Below are positions 17,189-26,098 of a DNA stretch of 32,000 nt, piece after piece; positions within the stretch are counted from its first letter, which is position 1; every line of letters starts with the position of its first letter. The position numbers and the translations under genes were made by a program. Below the pieces are notes generated by a model that was not told where the DNA came from, did not search any database, and was given only the letters and a program-made list of their open reading frames with translations. The DNA lies in the NCBI GenBank assembly GCA_028279805.1, contig JANQMZ010000007.1:720001-752000 (forward strand). The letters run 5' to 3'. Origin of the DNA: an archaeon (GTDB lineage: Archaea; Iainarchaeota; Iainarchaeia; Iainarchaeales; JANQMZ01).

Positions 17189-17974
17189 ATGGTTACAAGT
17201 TTTAAGTTTTTGTCAAATGAAAAATATGAAAATGCTGTTTTGCTTGTCGGCCTGCCCGGAATAGGCTTGGTTGGCAAAATTGCTGTTGATTATTTGTTAA
17301 AACATTTAAAGTCCAAAAGAATTGCTGAAATTTTTTCAGATTCTTTTCCTCCAAGTGTTTTTGTTCAGTCAGGAATAATTGATTCAATTAAAAATGATTT
17401 ATTTGTTTTTAAACATAAAAAGAAAACTTTTTTGTTTTTAGCCGGACCGGTGCAGCCTTTTCTGGATCCAAAAACCGGAACATCAAAAGAACATTACGAG
17501 TTTGCTGAAAAAATTGTTTCAACGGTTAAGGATATGGGTGTGAAAGAAATTTACACCCTGGCTGGAATAAATATCGGAAGAAAAAGGCTTGAAACAGAGC
17601 CAAACATTATTGCTGCCGCAACCGACAAAAAAGTTTTACAAAATGTAAAAAAAGCCGGAGCCAAATATTCAAAAGAAGGAAGCCTTATTTCAGGAGCTGC
17701 TGGCTTATTTTTAGGAGAAGCCAAAAAACAAAACATTAAGGGGGCGTGCATAATGGGTGAAACAAATGCAGGCCTGGTTTACGGGGATCATGGTTCTGCT
17801 AAAAAAGTTATTGAGCTTTTGGTAAAACTGTTTGGTTTTAAGATTAGCATGAAAGGAATTGAAAAAGAATCTAAAAAAATAGAAAAATCTTTTGTTCAGT
17901 TAAACAAACAGCTTGAATCAAGGGAAGAAGAAAAAGATACAAAGGGAAAATCAGGCTTAACATATGTACGCTGA
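17189..17974 (+). CDS. PAC2-family proteasome assembly chaperone (PbaA/PbaB-like, COG1938)
   Basis: ENAVLLVGLPGIGLVGKIAVDYLLKHLKSKRIAEIFSDSFPPSVFV is the characteristic PAC2 N-terminal block. A coiled-coil tail ends ...GLTYVR. Confidence 0.8.
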   Translation: MVTSFKFLSNEKYENAVLLVGLPGIGLVGKIAVDYLLKHLKSKRIAEIFSDSFPPSVFVQSGIIDSIKNDLFVFKHKKKTFLFLAGPVQPFLDPKTGTSKEHYEFAEKIVSTVKDMGVKEIYTLAGINIGRKRLETEPNIIAAATDKKVLQNVKKAGAKYSKEGSLISGAAGLFLGEAKKQNIKGACIMGETNAGLVYGDHGSAKKVIELLVKLFGFKISMKGIEKESKKIEKSFVQLNKQLESREEEKDTKGKSGLTYVR

Positions 17975-17978
17975 TTGT

Positions 17979-18281
17979 TCAAATTAAGCCAAAAAATCTT
18001 AAAACAAGCATTACCCCTATTCCGGCCAAGCCAAACACAATGCTTATCACAAGGCTTGGGATAAAAGGCAGATTTATTCCGAACAAAAATGTTAAAACAA
18101 GCCAGCTTATCAAGCCCAAAATGGAATTTACAATAATTCTTTTTAATAAAAATATTACAAGCAATGCTGCTACAATTAAAACAATTCCTCCGATTAAAAC
18201 GCTTGGATCTCCGACAAGGCTTGTTACAGCGTTGGCTGTGTTGCCAAAATTAAGATCTGAAGGCAATCCAAGGTAAAACAT
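17979..18281 (-). CDS. Small membrane protein, BofA-like family
   Basis: 100 aa with three hydrophobic helices. KRIIVNSILGLISWLVLTFLFGINLPFIPSLVISIVFGLAGIGVMLVL resembles the BofA pattern (N..G...INIP.N......G.LGIPGV). Confidence 0.5.
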   Translation of the reverse strand: MFYLGLPSDLNFGNTANAVTSLVGDPSVLIGGIVLIVAALLVIFLLKRIIVNSILGLISWLVLTFLFGINLPFIPSLVISIVFGLAGIGVMLVLRFFGLI

Positions 18282-18351
18282 TTAAATTATAATGAAAGCA
18301 ACATCTAAAAATAGTTACTGGTTTTATTATTACAGGCAAAAGAGTGTTTTT

Positions 18352-18984
18352 ATGGCAAAATTTTCAGACAGGCAGAAAAAAATAGCGGTAGAATTGTTAA
18401 ACGGCAATAAAACTGTTCAGGAATTATCTCAAATTTTAAAAATTCATGAGGATGACATTAAAGATTCTTTAAATTTAATGAAAGAATTAAAACTTGTTTC
18501 AGAAAAAAATGAAAAATTTTCATTATCTGAAAAAATTGTAAAAGATTTAAAAAACAGGCAAAATTTAATGGAACAGGATCCTTTTGATATAAGAATTTCA
18601 GCAATAATTGAAATGCAGGCGGTTGAAAAAGATTTATTGCAGAAAACAGTTAATGATTTGGAAAAAGCAATAAAAAAAGAAAAAAGGTTTACAGTTTATT
18701 CAACAAATGTTGATGAAGTAAAAGAATTGGACACAGGTTATTATTCAACTTTAATTGATTTAAATCTGACATTAAAAGATTTCAGGTCATTAATTTATTT
18801 TATTTATTTTTATGGCCCAAGTTCTGTTGAAATATTAAGGCCAAATGAGCTAAAAATAAAAGCAGACGATTTACAGGAAGGATTAATGGATGCTTTGGAA
18901 ATGATTCACAAATATAACAATTATGTGAGCAAGATTCTGAGCAAGGAAGATGTTGAAAAATTAATGAAAAAAATATACAAATAA
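18352..18984 (+). CDS. Hypothetical protein with N-terminal winged-helix-like domain
   Basis: From ATG 18352: FSDRQKKIAVELLNGNKTVQELSQILKIHEDDIKDSLNLMKELKLV resembles an AsnC/MarR-style wHTH. The remainder is an alpha/beta region plus a helical tail with no recognised family. The track start at 18292 adds an implausible YWFYYY extension. Confidence 0.45.
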   Translation: MAKFSDRQKKIAVELLNGNKTVQELSQILKIHEDDIKDSLNLMKELKLVSEKNEKFSLSEKIVKDLKNRQNLMEQDPFDIRISAIIEMQAVEKDLLQKTVNDLEKAIKKEKRFTVYSTNVDEVKELDTGYYSTLIDLNLTLKDFRSLIYFIYFYGPSSVEILRPNELKIKADDLQEGLMDALEMIHKYNNYVSKILSKEDVEKLMKKIYK

Positions 18985-19102
18985 TACGCTTTTTGCCGAT
19001 TTTACGGCATATGGCAATTGTCGAAACATTTTTCAACAAATGCATTAAAATCCCCCTTTAAAAGCGTTTTATTTAACTTTTGATTTTTGAAAAAACGATA
19101 GG

Positions 19103-19110
19103 TATTTAAA
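19103..19110 (+). promoter_or_regulatory. Candidate TATA box for the S-layer gene (distal); an alternative proximal TATA-like TTATTTAA lies at 19180-19187
   Basis: TATTTAAA is preceded by a purine-rich stretch (GAAAAAACGATAGG). It sits in the longest intergenic region of the window (18985-19231). I cannot tell from sequence which box is used. Confidence 0.35.
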
Positions 19111-19160
19111 GGACATGAAGCATTTGATAGTACAATCTTGACATATTTCTGTCTTCTACA

Positions 19161-19174
19161 GCCAGTAGACTGGC
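19161..19174. promoter_or_regulatory. Palindrome GCCAGTagACTGGC in the S-layer upstream region
   Basis: Perfect 6-bp arms with a 2-nt spacer. It is a GC-rich island in AT-rich intergenic DNA and lies between the two TATA candidates. Confidence 0.35.
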
Positions 19175-19214
19175 AGAATTATTTAAGGCTTTTTTAGCCG
19201 AAAAATCAAAAAAC

Positions 19215-19221
19215 GAGGTGA
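19215..19221 (+). promoter_or_regulatory. Shine-Dalgarno site for the S-layer gene
   Basis: GAGGTGA lies 10 nt upstream of ATG 19232. Confidence 0.6.
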
Positions 19222-19231
19222 AACAAAAAAT

Positions 19232-22093
19232 ATGAAAAGACTAAACGTCAAAAAATTAGTCGCAATAGGTGCTGGTGCCGCTTTAGTCGGTGCAGCTTTG
19301 GCTCCGATTGTCTCAGCACAATCAGGCGTTGTAAAAGGCGACTTAATTTCTGACACAGGTAGTCCTTTGGTTGACGTTGTTGTAGGTGCATCTGCAGCTA
19401 ATTCTGATGTTGTTTGGGCATCCAATATTGCTTCAAGAATTGCTCAGTTAGCAACAGTTTCAACAACAACAGATGTTGACGGCGACGGATCAATTGACAT
19501 CACAGTCGGTGGAACAACCACGTATGGCGGATCAGCAAAAACTTATGATTCAAGTACATACACTTTGAAAACCGACACAGGAGAAGCAAATGAATTTGCT
19601 GACCTGAAACTAGGTGCTTCACAGCTTGATTTCCTATCTAATGGTACTGAGAGCTACACTTTTGACGGAACTTCATACGAACAAACCGTTAAAGAAAGAA
19701 TCTGGATTAACGCAGATGCCAGATTTTTGCACAGCAGCACAAAAGTTCAGGATTTAGTAGTTCAAATGAAAAATACTGGTGACTTCAACTATGAGGTTAC
19801 ATTCAGTAAAGGTTTGCCGGTTTCAGACGGACTAAACAAACCAAAAACAAACAAATTCAAAGATGACGGAAACGACAGTATTACATTTCCATTTTTGGGA
19901 GTGGACTACAGTTTGTTCAGAGCACAGGACACCGGAGGCGTTAAAGAAATCAGATTGTTGAAATCAACAGACGCTAAAAAAAGATATTTTTCCGGGGATT
20001 CACTAACAGGATTGAAAGGAACAGGAGCTCACGAAGGTGAAAACCTAAGCCTTACAATTGACAACATTGTGCAATCCACAAGCCAGTCATCATTTGAAGT
20101 TGAAATAAGTTTGTGGGACGAGGAAGGCAATTTGCTTGACTCAGAAACAGCCGGCGAGGGACAATTCCTTGAAACAATTTTGGAAGGTTCAGACGGCAAA
20201 ACAGCATTGGACACATCTCTTTTCACTGAAAAAATCAGACAGGACATTGAAACAAGTCAGGGTTATGTAACCATGACAAGAGGAGATGACCTGATTATTT
20301 TGAGAGATGGACAAGAATTTCCATATGATTCAACATCAACAGGAACAAGCAATCACAACTGGGTTGTTAACCTGACATCAGGAACATCTTCAACTCCGGA
20401 CGTTAACGCGTTCACAAAAATTACCATCAAAAACCAGAACACAAAATGGAATGTTAACAATCCGCTTTGGGCTGGTAACGATGCATTAACAGAATCAGGA
20501 ATGGAAGGTTCAAATGAAGCAGTTCTTTTACAGGACTATTCAGAAGACACAATCGGTTACGGATATGCATCTGTAGTATTCGACGGATTCAAAAATGATC
20601 AGGATTTAACCAAGTTCCAGTTAGGAAACGGCAACATGGTTTACTTTGATTCAACTGATGAAGTTGAAAGAACAGTTCCGTTTGTAATTGCTTTGGACCA
20701 CAGTGGAGACCCAAATGATGAAAGTTCATTCACATTGTTGAATCAGACTTTCTATTACAGGACAAACTCCACAGACGTCAATGTATTACTGACTCAAAAC
20801 GCAAAATTGAACGGTTTTGCAATTGACCTGAATGCCGGAGCGGTAAGTTGTGGTATTGGATTCCATGACCAAAGTACAAGTAGTGCAACTGACTTGAATG
20901 CAGGCACTGCAAGACCGGTTGCAATTGACATCAACCAGGTTCAGTACAGATTACCACATTGTACAAGCACTGGTGCAGTCGGAGGAACAACTGTGCAAAT
21001 GGTTGCAGACGGTAACTTCCAAATTGCAAAAGTGGCATTCGACACTGTTGCAGACGCAGACTACATCGGAACAGACAACAACTTCAATACTTGGTATTAT
21101 GAAGACAAAAACGGAGTTAACAGTACATACAATGGTGCTCTATTAGCACTTTCAGGAACCGGTATGGATTCAGAATCATACAAGTATGCATACTATTCAA
21201 ACGAAAGTGAAAGTGTACTTTGGTTGCTGTTAGACAAAGCAACAACATGGACAGGACAATACACATACACTCCTACATTCATAGGAACTGACACTGTTGA
21301 AGACGGAACAATTGACCTAAACTGGTTCCACCCAGACGACTTGAGACTTGGTGGAGACGAAGCTGACAACACTAAATTTGTTGCAAAATTCCAGTTGGAT
21401 GACAACGGAGGCGGAACAGCTGGTACAGAAATCTATTTGCATGCTCTACTTGAAGATGATGCAGATATCATTTCATTACCGGACAACGAACTGAGCAGAT
21501 ACACTGTTGACGCAAACTATGATGGTGGAACAAAAGCCGCAATCTGGTCAATGAGTTACAGAACTGACTCAGACAGTTTCTTTGACCAAGCATGGACTGA
21601 CTTTGGTACAAAGTACAGTGTTGCTGACGGAGAAACATTCCAAGCATGGATTCCTGACAACAGATTGAACCTGAGCTTGACTGTAAGAGGAACTGATTCA
21701 ACTGAAACAACAACAGGTGGACAGGACTTTACAGGTGTTACATCAGGAAGCACTGTTACAACTGATACTGGAACAACAGTAACAGTCGGAACAGTCGGTG
21801 GAACATCCTCAGGACAAACCGTTGTGCCAGCAGGAGACCTGGTCGTTTTAGACTCAGGTGTTTCAGCAGGCGGAAACCATGTAATTGTCGGTGGATACAT
21901 TGTCAACTCACTAGCACAAGGATTAGTGTTAGGCGATGGAACAACACTGGAAGAATCATTGACATCATCTTCAAGCGACTATGTCCTTGAAAAATTGTCA
22001 AATGGTGACTTCGTTGTTGCTGGTTACACTGCCGCACAAACAGGTTTAGCAGCACAAGAGTTCATTGATGAACTTGAAGCTTTGTTAGCCTGA
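19232..22093 (+). CDS. S-layer (surface layer) protein, Methanococcales-like N- and C-terminal domains
   Basis: Signal peptide MKRLNVKKLVAIGAGAALVGAALAPIVSAQ. The N-terminal block DVVVGASAANSDVVWASNIASRIAQLA and the C-terminal block HVIVGGYIVNSLAQ...FVVAGYTAAQTGLAAQEF resemble archaeal S_layer_N/S_layer_C. The protein is acidic and T/S/G/D-rich with only 2 Cys. I read at least nine N-x-S/T sequons. A strong SD and a downstream terminator flank the gene. Confidence 0.75.
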   Translation: MKRLNVKKLVAIGAGAALVGAALAPIVSAQSGVVKGDLISDTGSPLVDVVVGASAANSDVVWASNIASRIAQLATVSTTTDVDGDGSIDITVGGTTTYGGSAKTYDSSTYTLKTDTGEANEFADLKLGASQLDFLSNGTESYTFDGTSYEQTVKERIWINADARFLHSSTKVQDLVVQMKNTGDFNYEVTFSKGLPVSDGLNKPKTNKFKDDGNDSITFPFLGVDYSLFRAQDTGGVKEIRLLKSTDAKKRYFSGDSLTGLKGTGAHEGENLSLTIDNIVQSTSQSSFEVEISLWDEEGNLLDSETAGEGQFLETILEGSDGKTALDTSLFTEKIRQDIETSQGYVTMTRGDDLIILRDGQEFPYDSTSTGTSNHNWVVNLTSGTSSTPDVNAFTKITIKNQNTKWNVNNPLWAGNDALTESGMEGSNEAVLLQDYSEDTIGYGYASVVFDGFKNDQDLTKFQLGNGNMVYFDSTDEVERTVPFVIALDHSGDPNDESSFTLLNQTFYYRTNSTDVNVLLTQNAKLNGFAIDLNAGAVSCGIGFHDQSTSSATDLNAGTARPVAIDINQVQYRLPHCTSTGAVGGTTVQMVADGNFQIAKVAFDTVADADYIGTDNNFNTWYYEDKNGVNSTYNGALLALSGTGMDSESYKYAYYSNESESVLWLLLDKATTWTGQYTYTPTFIGTDTVEDGTIDLNWFHPDDLRLGGDEADNTKFVAKFQLDDNGGGTAGTEIYLHALLEDDADIISLPDNELSRYTVDANYDGGTKAAIWSMSYRTDSDSFFDQAWTDFGTKYSVADGETFQAWIPDNRLNLSLTVRGTDSTETTTGGQDFTGVTSGSTVTTDTGTTVTVGTVGGTSSGQTVVPAGDLVVLDSGVSAGGNHVIVGGYIVNSLAQGLVLGDGTTLEESLTSSSSDYVLEKLSNGDFVVAGYTAAQTGLAAQEFIDELEALLA

Positions 22094-22101
22094 ATAAAAT
22101 A

Positions 22102-22140
22102 ATAGGTCTTTGAGGCCTATCCCCTTTTTCTTTTTTTTTA
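22102..22140 (+). terminator. Hairpin plus oligo-T terminator after the S-layer gene
   Basis: ATAGGTC-tttga-GGCCTAT forms a 7-bp stem with one G-U pair (22102-22120). It is followed by CCCCTTTTTCTTTTTTTTT. Confidence 0.6.
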
Positions 22141-22190
22141 TTTTTCCTATTTTTTTCATGGAAAAAAATTGATTATGTATAAGAAATGCT

Positions 22191-22868
22191 TTGTGTTTTC
22201 CTTTTAAATCTTTTTCAGCTTTTTTAGTACAGGTGTATTTTTTGATTTCAAAAGAATGGATTTTGTTTATTGCCATTGCATTAACCGTTTTTCTGGGTGC
22301 TTTTTATTTTTTAAATCCTTTAAATTTTCACGATTTTGAGTTTTCTTTTCAGAAAAACGGGGTTAATTTTTTTTCAAACACTGCAGAACCTGAAAATCTT
22401 TTTACTTCTTTGTCTAACAGAAAACAGGTTTACATTTTTGCTTCAACAACTCAAAATCCAAGCCCTGACAATTCTTTAATTGCCAACAATTTTGTTATTC
22501 CTTTTTCAACTGTTGTTTCAGGAAACGATAAGGAGTTGTCAATTTTTTTAAAAGTAATGAATTCTGATAACAGCAAAATTATTGAATGTCTTGCCAAATT
22601 TCCGGAAGAAAATGAGCCAAGAACAATTCCAAGGAGCCAGTGCCTTAACTTTGCTGAATCAGAGGATTATTTTGTTACAAAAATTTTTGCAGATTTTCCT
22701 GATTCAGCTTCAAGAGGGATTGTTTTGATTGATGATAAATCAATAACAATTGAGGCAAAAGATTATAGCCAGTTAAAAATTTTTTCATTTGAAACTCTTA
22801 AAGCATTGTTTTCAAACACGGATAGTATTATTAATAATTCAAATAATCTTGTTAATCTGGTTAAATAG
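22191..22868 (+). CDS. Hypothetical N-terminally membrane-anchored, probably extracellular protein
   Basis: Has a single hydrophobic helix (WILFIAIALTVFLGAFYFL) and then a soluble region with no recognised family. The start is uncertain: no in-frame ATG lies near the 5' end, and the candidates are TTG 22191, GTG 22233 and TTG 22242. Confidence 0.45.
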   Translation: MCFPFKSFSAFLVQVYFLISKEWILFIAIALTVFLGAFYFLNPLNFHDFEFSFQKNGVNFFSNTAEPENLFTSLSNRKQVYIFASTTQNPSPDNSLIANNFVIPFSTVVSGNDKELSIFLKVMNSDNSKIIECLAKFPEENEPRTIPRSQCLNFAESEDYFVTKIFADFPDSASRGIVLIDDKSITIEAKDYSQLKIFSFETLKALFSNTDSIINNSNNLVNLVK

Positions 22869-22873
22869 GTGTT

Positions 22874-23884
22874 TTGTTGTTTAAAAAAATTGATATGGCT
22901 TTTGTTTTCAAGGCATTCTTGACTCTTGTAATAGTTCTTGTATTGCTTTCTGTTCTTGCATCCCTTAACGGAGCGTCAGATGTTCTTCAGGGAACTGATT
23001 TTAAAATTCTTGCAATTGCTGCTGTTTTTTTTATAATTTCAATTATTTTATGGCTTTTTTCATGGACTTATTTGTTAAAAAAAGAACTGAAAATTTCTTC
23101 TTTTAAAATAATTTTAACAGGTTTTTCATCTGTTTTTGGTTCTCTGACTCCTGTTCAGCTTGGAGCTGATGCCATGAGAAGTTTTTTGTTAAAAGACCTG
23201 TTCAAAGTGCCTTTTACCAAATCTTTGTCTGCTTCAATGGCTGTTAAAGGCGTTAAATTTTCAATTCTTGCATTAACTTCTTCAGCTATTCTTGCTTATT
23301 TTATTTTTATCGGCAAACTCTCTCATTTTATGTTTTTTTCACTTATTTCAGGCTTTGTTGTTGTTATCGCTGCAACTTTATTGTTTTTACTGCCTTTGAA
23401 TAAAAAGGCCGGGAAAAAAATTGTTAATTTTTTTAAAACGTTGTCCAAAAGGTTTTCACGGTTGTCACGTGTTGACAATTATTTTACAAATTATTCTTCT
23501 TATTTGCAGGCACTGCCTTTGAAAACATTTTCAGTTGTTTTTCTTTTTTCTTTTTTGTCCTGGGTTTTTGAATTTTTTGCATTGTTTTTTGTTTTTGAGT
23601 CTTTGTCTATAAGCATTCCTATTATGCCTCTTTTAACTTTGTTTATTTTACTGGCTGTTCTTGAAAGAACTCCTTTCACTCCAAAAGGCCTTGGATTGGT
23701 TGAGGTTGGAGGCTTTTTGTTTTTGTCTTTTCCTATAATCGGGCAGTTTTCATTGTCTTTGGGTGAAACTGCTTCAATAATGATTGTTTTTAATATTGTG
23801 AGAATAATTGTTCCGGTGTTGATGTCAATTTTGGTTTTTCTTTTATTTGTTCCCAGAAAATTATATCAAGCCAAAAAAAGTTAG
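22874..23884 (+). CDS. Flippase-like polytopic membrane protein (UPF0104 / LPG-synthase TM-region family)
   Basis: ~8 predicted helices. FSWTYLLKKELKISSFKIILTGFSSVFGSLTPVQLGADAMRSFLLKD resembles the UPF0104 signature loop. The start is ambiguous (TTG 22874/22877 or ATG 22895). Confidence 0.55.
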   Translation: MLFKKIDMAFVFKAFLTLVIVLVLLSVLASLNGASDVLQGTDFKILAIAAVFFIISIILWLFSWTYLLKKELKISSFKIILTGFSSVFGSLTPVQLGADAMRSFLLKDLFKVPFTKSLSASMAVKGVKFSILALTSSAILAYFIFIGKLSHFMFFSLISGFVVVIAATLLFLLPLNKKAGKKIVNFFKTLSKRFSRLSRVDNYFTNYSSYLQALPLKTFSVVFLFSFLSWVFEFFALFFVFESLSISIPIMPLLTLFILLAVLERTPFTPKGLGLVEVGGFLFLSFPIIGQFSLSLGETASIMIVFNIVRIIVPVLMSILVFLLFVPRKLYQAKKS

Positions 23885-24805
23885 CCAGAAAAACATGTTT
23901 ACTGCAACTATTAGTAAAATAATTGTAACAAGTGTTGTTTCTTTTTTTGCTCCTAAAATTTTTATTAAAAGTTTTGCAAAATCGTATTTTTTTTTGCCTT
24001 GTGGAAAATCTATTTTGTTTTCTTTGTTTAAATAGTAAGGCTTGCTTGTTCTCTGGCTTGCATCTTTCGGGTTTGTTAAAATTTTTAACAGAATGTCAAT
24101 AGTGTGTGGAATAAAAAAAGCCATGCTTATTATCATTAAATTTGTATTTTGTGTTAAAACAATCAAACCGGATAAACCTGCACCTATCAGCAAAGTGCCG
24201 CTGTCTCCGGGAAAAACTTTTGCAGGGTAAAAATTGAACAGTAATAATGCTAAAATTCCTCCTGTTAAAACAATTCCAGGCAAAAAATATGGCGTGCCTG
24301 CCAGCAGAAACAAAAATCCTGTTGAAACAATTAAACCTGAGCCTATTTCCCATCCGTTTAGTCCTGCAAATGTGTTCTGGAAAGAAGCAATTCCGGCAAC
24401 ATATAATGCTGCCAGCAAAACCCAGAGTATTTCCTGTTTAAAATAAATGTATGCAAAAACAAGTGAAATTATTCCTATTAAAAAAGCTCTTAAAAACCAG
24501 CTTTGTGGTTTGCCTGTAAATTTGTGTTTTGTATCATCTTTGAATCCTACGAATGAAAAAAGTGTTATCATTCCGCTCCAGATGAGATAATTAATATTAA
24601 AGGAGTTGAAATAAAAATAAAGTGAGAAAATCCAGGCTGTTAAAAGTAAGGATATTCCCACGCTTTCCGGTAAAAATATTTCTTTTTTTTTGTTTATATC
24701 AAGCCCGGTTATTTTTCTTTTTTTGTTCCATTTTCCTATAAACCAGATTGTGATAAATGTAATCAAAAATGATGCTGCCAAAAACATCAATGTTTCTGAA
24801 ATCAT
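23861..24805 (-). CDS. aglH: Polyprenyl/dolichyl-phosphate N-acetylhexosamine-1-phosphate transferase (GT4 MraY/WecA/Alg7 family, AglH-like)
   Basis: Has FKDDTKHKF, NTFAGLNGWEIGSG (the archaeal/eukaryal N-x-x-A-G-x-N-G-x-E variant) and KVFPGDSGTLLIG, with about 10 TM helices. Confidence 0.8.
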   Translation of the reverse strand: MISETLMFLAASFLITFITIWFIGKWNKKRKITGLDINKKKEIFLPESVGISLLLTAWIFSLYFYFNSFNINYLIWSGMITLFSFVGFKDDTKHKFTGKPQSWFLRAFLIGIISLVFAYIYFKQEILWVLLAALYVAGIASFQNTFAGLNGWEIGSGLIVSTGFLFLLAGTPYFLPGIVLTGGILALLLFNFYPAKVFPGDSGTLLIGAGLSGLIVLTQNTNLMIISMAFFIPHTIDILLKILTNPKDASQRTSKPYYLNKENKIDFPQGKKKYDFAKLLIKILGAKKETTLVTIILLIVAVNMFFWLTFFGLI

Positions 24806-24828
24806 GTTAAAATTTAATTGGAAAAGAT

Positions 24829-26085
24829 TTAAGTGTTTATTTCTTTTTGTTTTAGTATTTCTTTCACAACCGCGGTAGCATAAGCGCCTTTGTCTAATTC
24901 AAATGAAATGACACATTTTAGTTTTTTTTCAAAAAATTCATCTTCATCTATTTTTACAATTTTTAATTTTTTTGGAAATAAAACAATTTCTTTTCTGTGC
25001 CCTTTTGATGAGCATTCTGCCAGTTTTTTTAATTTAAAATCTTTAAATGAAACTTTTTCTTTTTTTAAAATTTCTTTTTCCAGTTTTCCTATTTTTCCTT
25101 TTGAAAAAGAACTTTCATAGCCGGGAAGCAAACCCACTGGAATTCCTTTTTCTTCAGGTTCTCCTTTTTGTAAACCTAATCCGATTCCTGTTTCAAATCT
25201 TTTGTTTATAATTTCATTAAAAATGTAAGACTGGTAAGCATGTGTGAATAAAAAACGCATTTTTTTGGGAATTTTTGCAAAAGCACCTGTAAAATCTTTG
25301 GGGTGAATGCTTAAATGCTGTAACATTGCTCTTTCATATTTTTGTTTTACAGGCATATCTTTTAATGCCTGTTTAAAATTTTTTGTTTTTTTCAGGTTTT
25401 TTCTTGCTTTTTTTATTTCATTTTCTTCTTTTTCATTCGGATAAGTCAGGTAAAGCATTACTGCTTTTTTGATGTTTCCCAATACCAGTTGTTTTCCAAC
25501 CAGATGCGTTATCTGCCTCATTCCTCCAAATCTTTGTTCTCCAAAATAATTCGGAATTCCTTTTTTCATTTCTTTAAAACATTTGTTAATTCTTTTTTTC
25601 AATTCTTTTTCATTCAAATCAATATCTCTTATTGTTATCGTAAAACTGTTTCCTTTTAAATCCCCTAATTCAATTCTTTTTTTTCCCCATGAACCGTTCC
25701 TCAACTCTATTCCTCTTAAATTTAATTTTTCCAGTCTTTCAATGTTTGGTTTCCATATGCTTATTCTCTGGCAGGTTATTGCTCTTTTATCTTTTAATCC
25801 GGCATAACCTATTCTTTTCTGGCTACACCCCAGAAATCTTGAAATAATTTTTAATGCAAGTGTTAAATCGGTGTTTATTTTTTCCAGGTCAAAATGCAGC
25901 TGTTCTAATTTTTCAGAATTTTCCGGAACCTGTGCAGGTTTTTTGTTTTCATTGTTTTGATTGTCAAATCTTTCAATTTTGCACTTTTCTCCGTTTTTTT
26001 TTATTTCTTCAACAATAAAATCAGAATATCTTCTTTTTATTCTGCCTTTAAAGCCTTTTGTTGTGGTTGAATAATGTGTTTTCAT
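24829..26085 (-). CDS. truD: tRNA pseudouridine synthase TruD/Pus7 family
   Basis: Has RRYSDFIVEEI, the catalytic block GYAGLKDKRAITCQRISI, and NYFGEQRFG. Confidence 0.9.
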   Translation of the reverse strand: MKTHYSTTTKGFKGRIKRRYSDFIVEEIKKNGEKCKIERFDNQNNENKKPAQVPENSEKLEQLHFDLEKINTDLTLALKIISRFLGCSQKRIGYAGLKDKRAITCQRISIWKPNIERLEKLNLRGIELRNGSWGKKRIELGDLKGNSFTITIRDIDLNEKELKKRINKCFKEMKKGIPNYFGEQRFGGMRQITHLVGKQLVLGNIKKAVMLYLTYPNEKEENEIKKARKNLKKTKNFKQALKDMPVKQKYERAMLQHLSIHPKDFTGAFAKIPKKMRFLFTHAYQSYIFNEIINKRFETGIGLGLQKGEPEEKGIPVGLLPGYESSFSKGKIGKLEKEILKKEKVSFKDFKLKKLAECSSKGHRKEIVLFPKKLKIVKIDEDEFFEKKLKCVISFELDKGAYATAVVKEILKQKEINT

Positions 26086-26098
26086 TTTTTTCCATCAG

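Noticed and set aside
19183-19425. An 80-aa minus-strand ORF overlapping the S-layer start region. Also the 98-aa minus-strand ORF at 9150-9446.
   Set aside because: Both are antisense to a signal-peptide or gene junction with strong sense-strand signals (SD plus ATG). They show no independent start context or motifs.
19232-22093. Visibly higher GC content of the S-layer gene as a sign of horizontal transfer.
   Set aside because: The shift matches its amino-acid composition (G/A/T/D/V-rich, few K/N/I/F) and likely high-expression codon choice. It has native-style SD, promoter and terminator signals, and no flanking mobile-element features.
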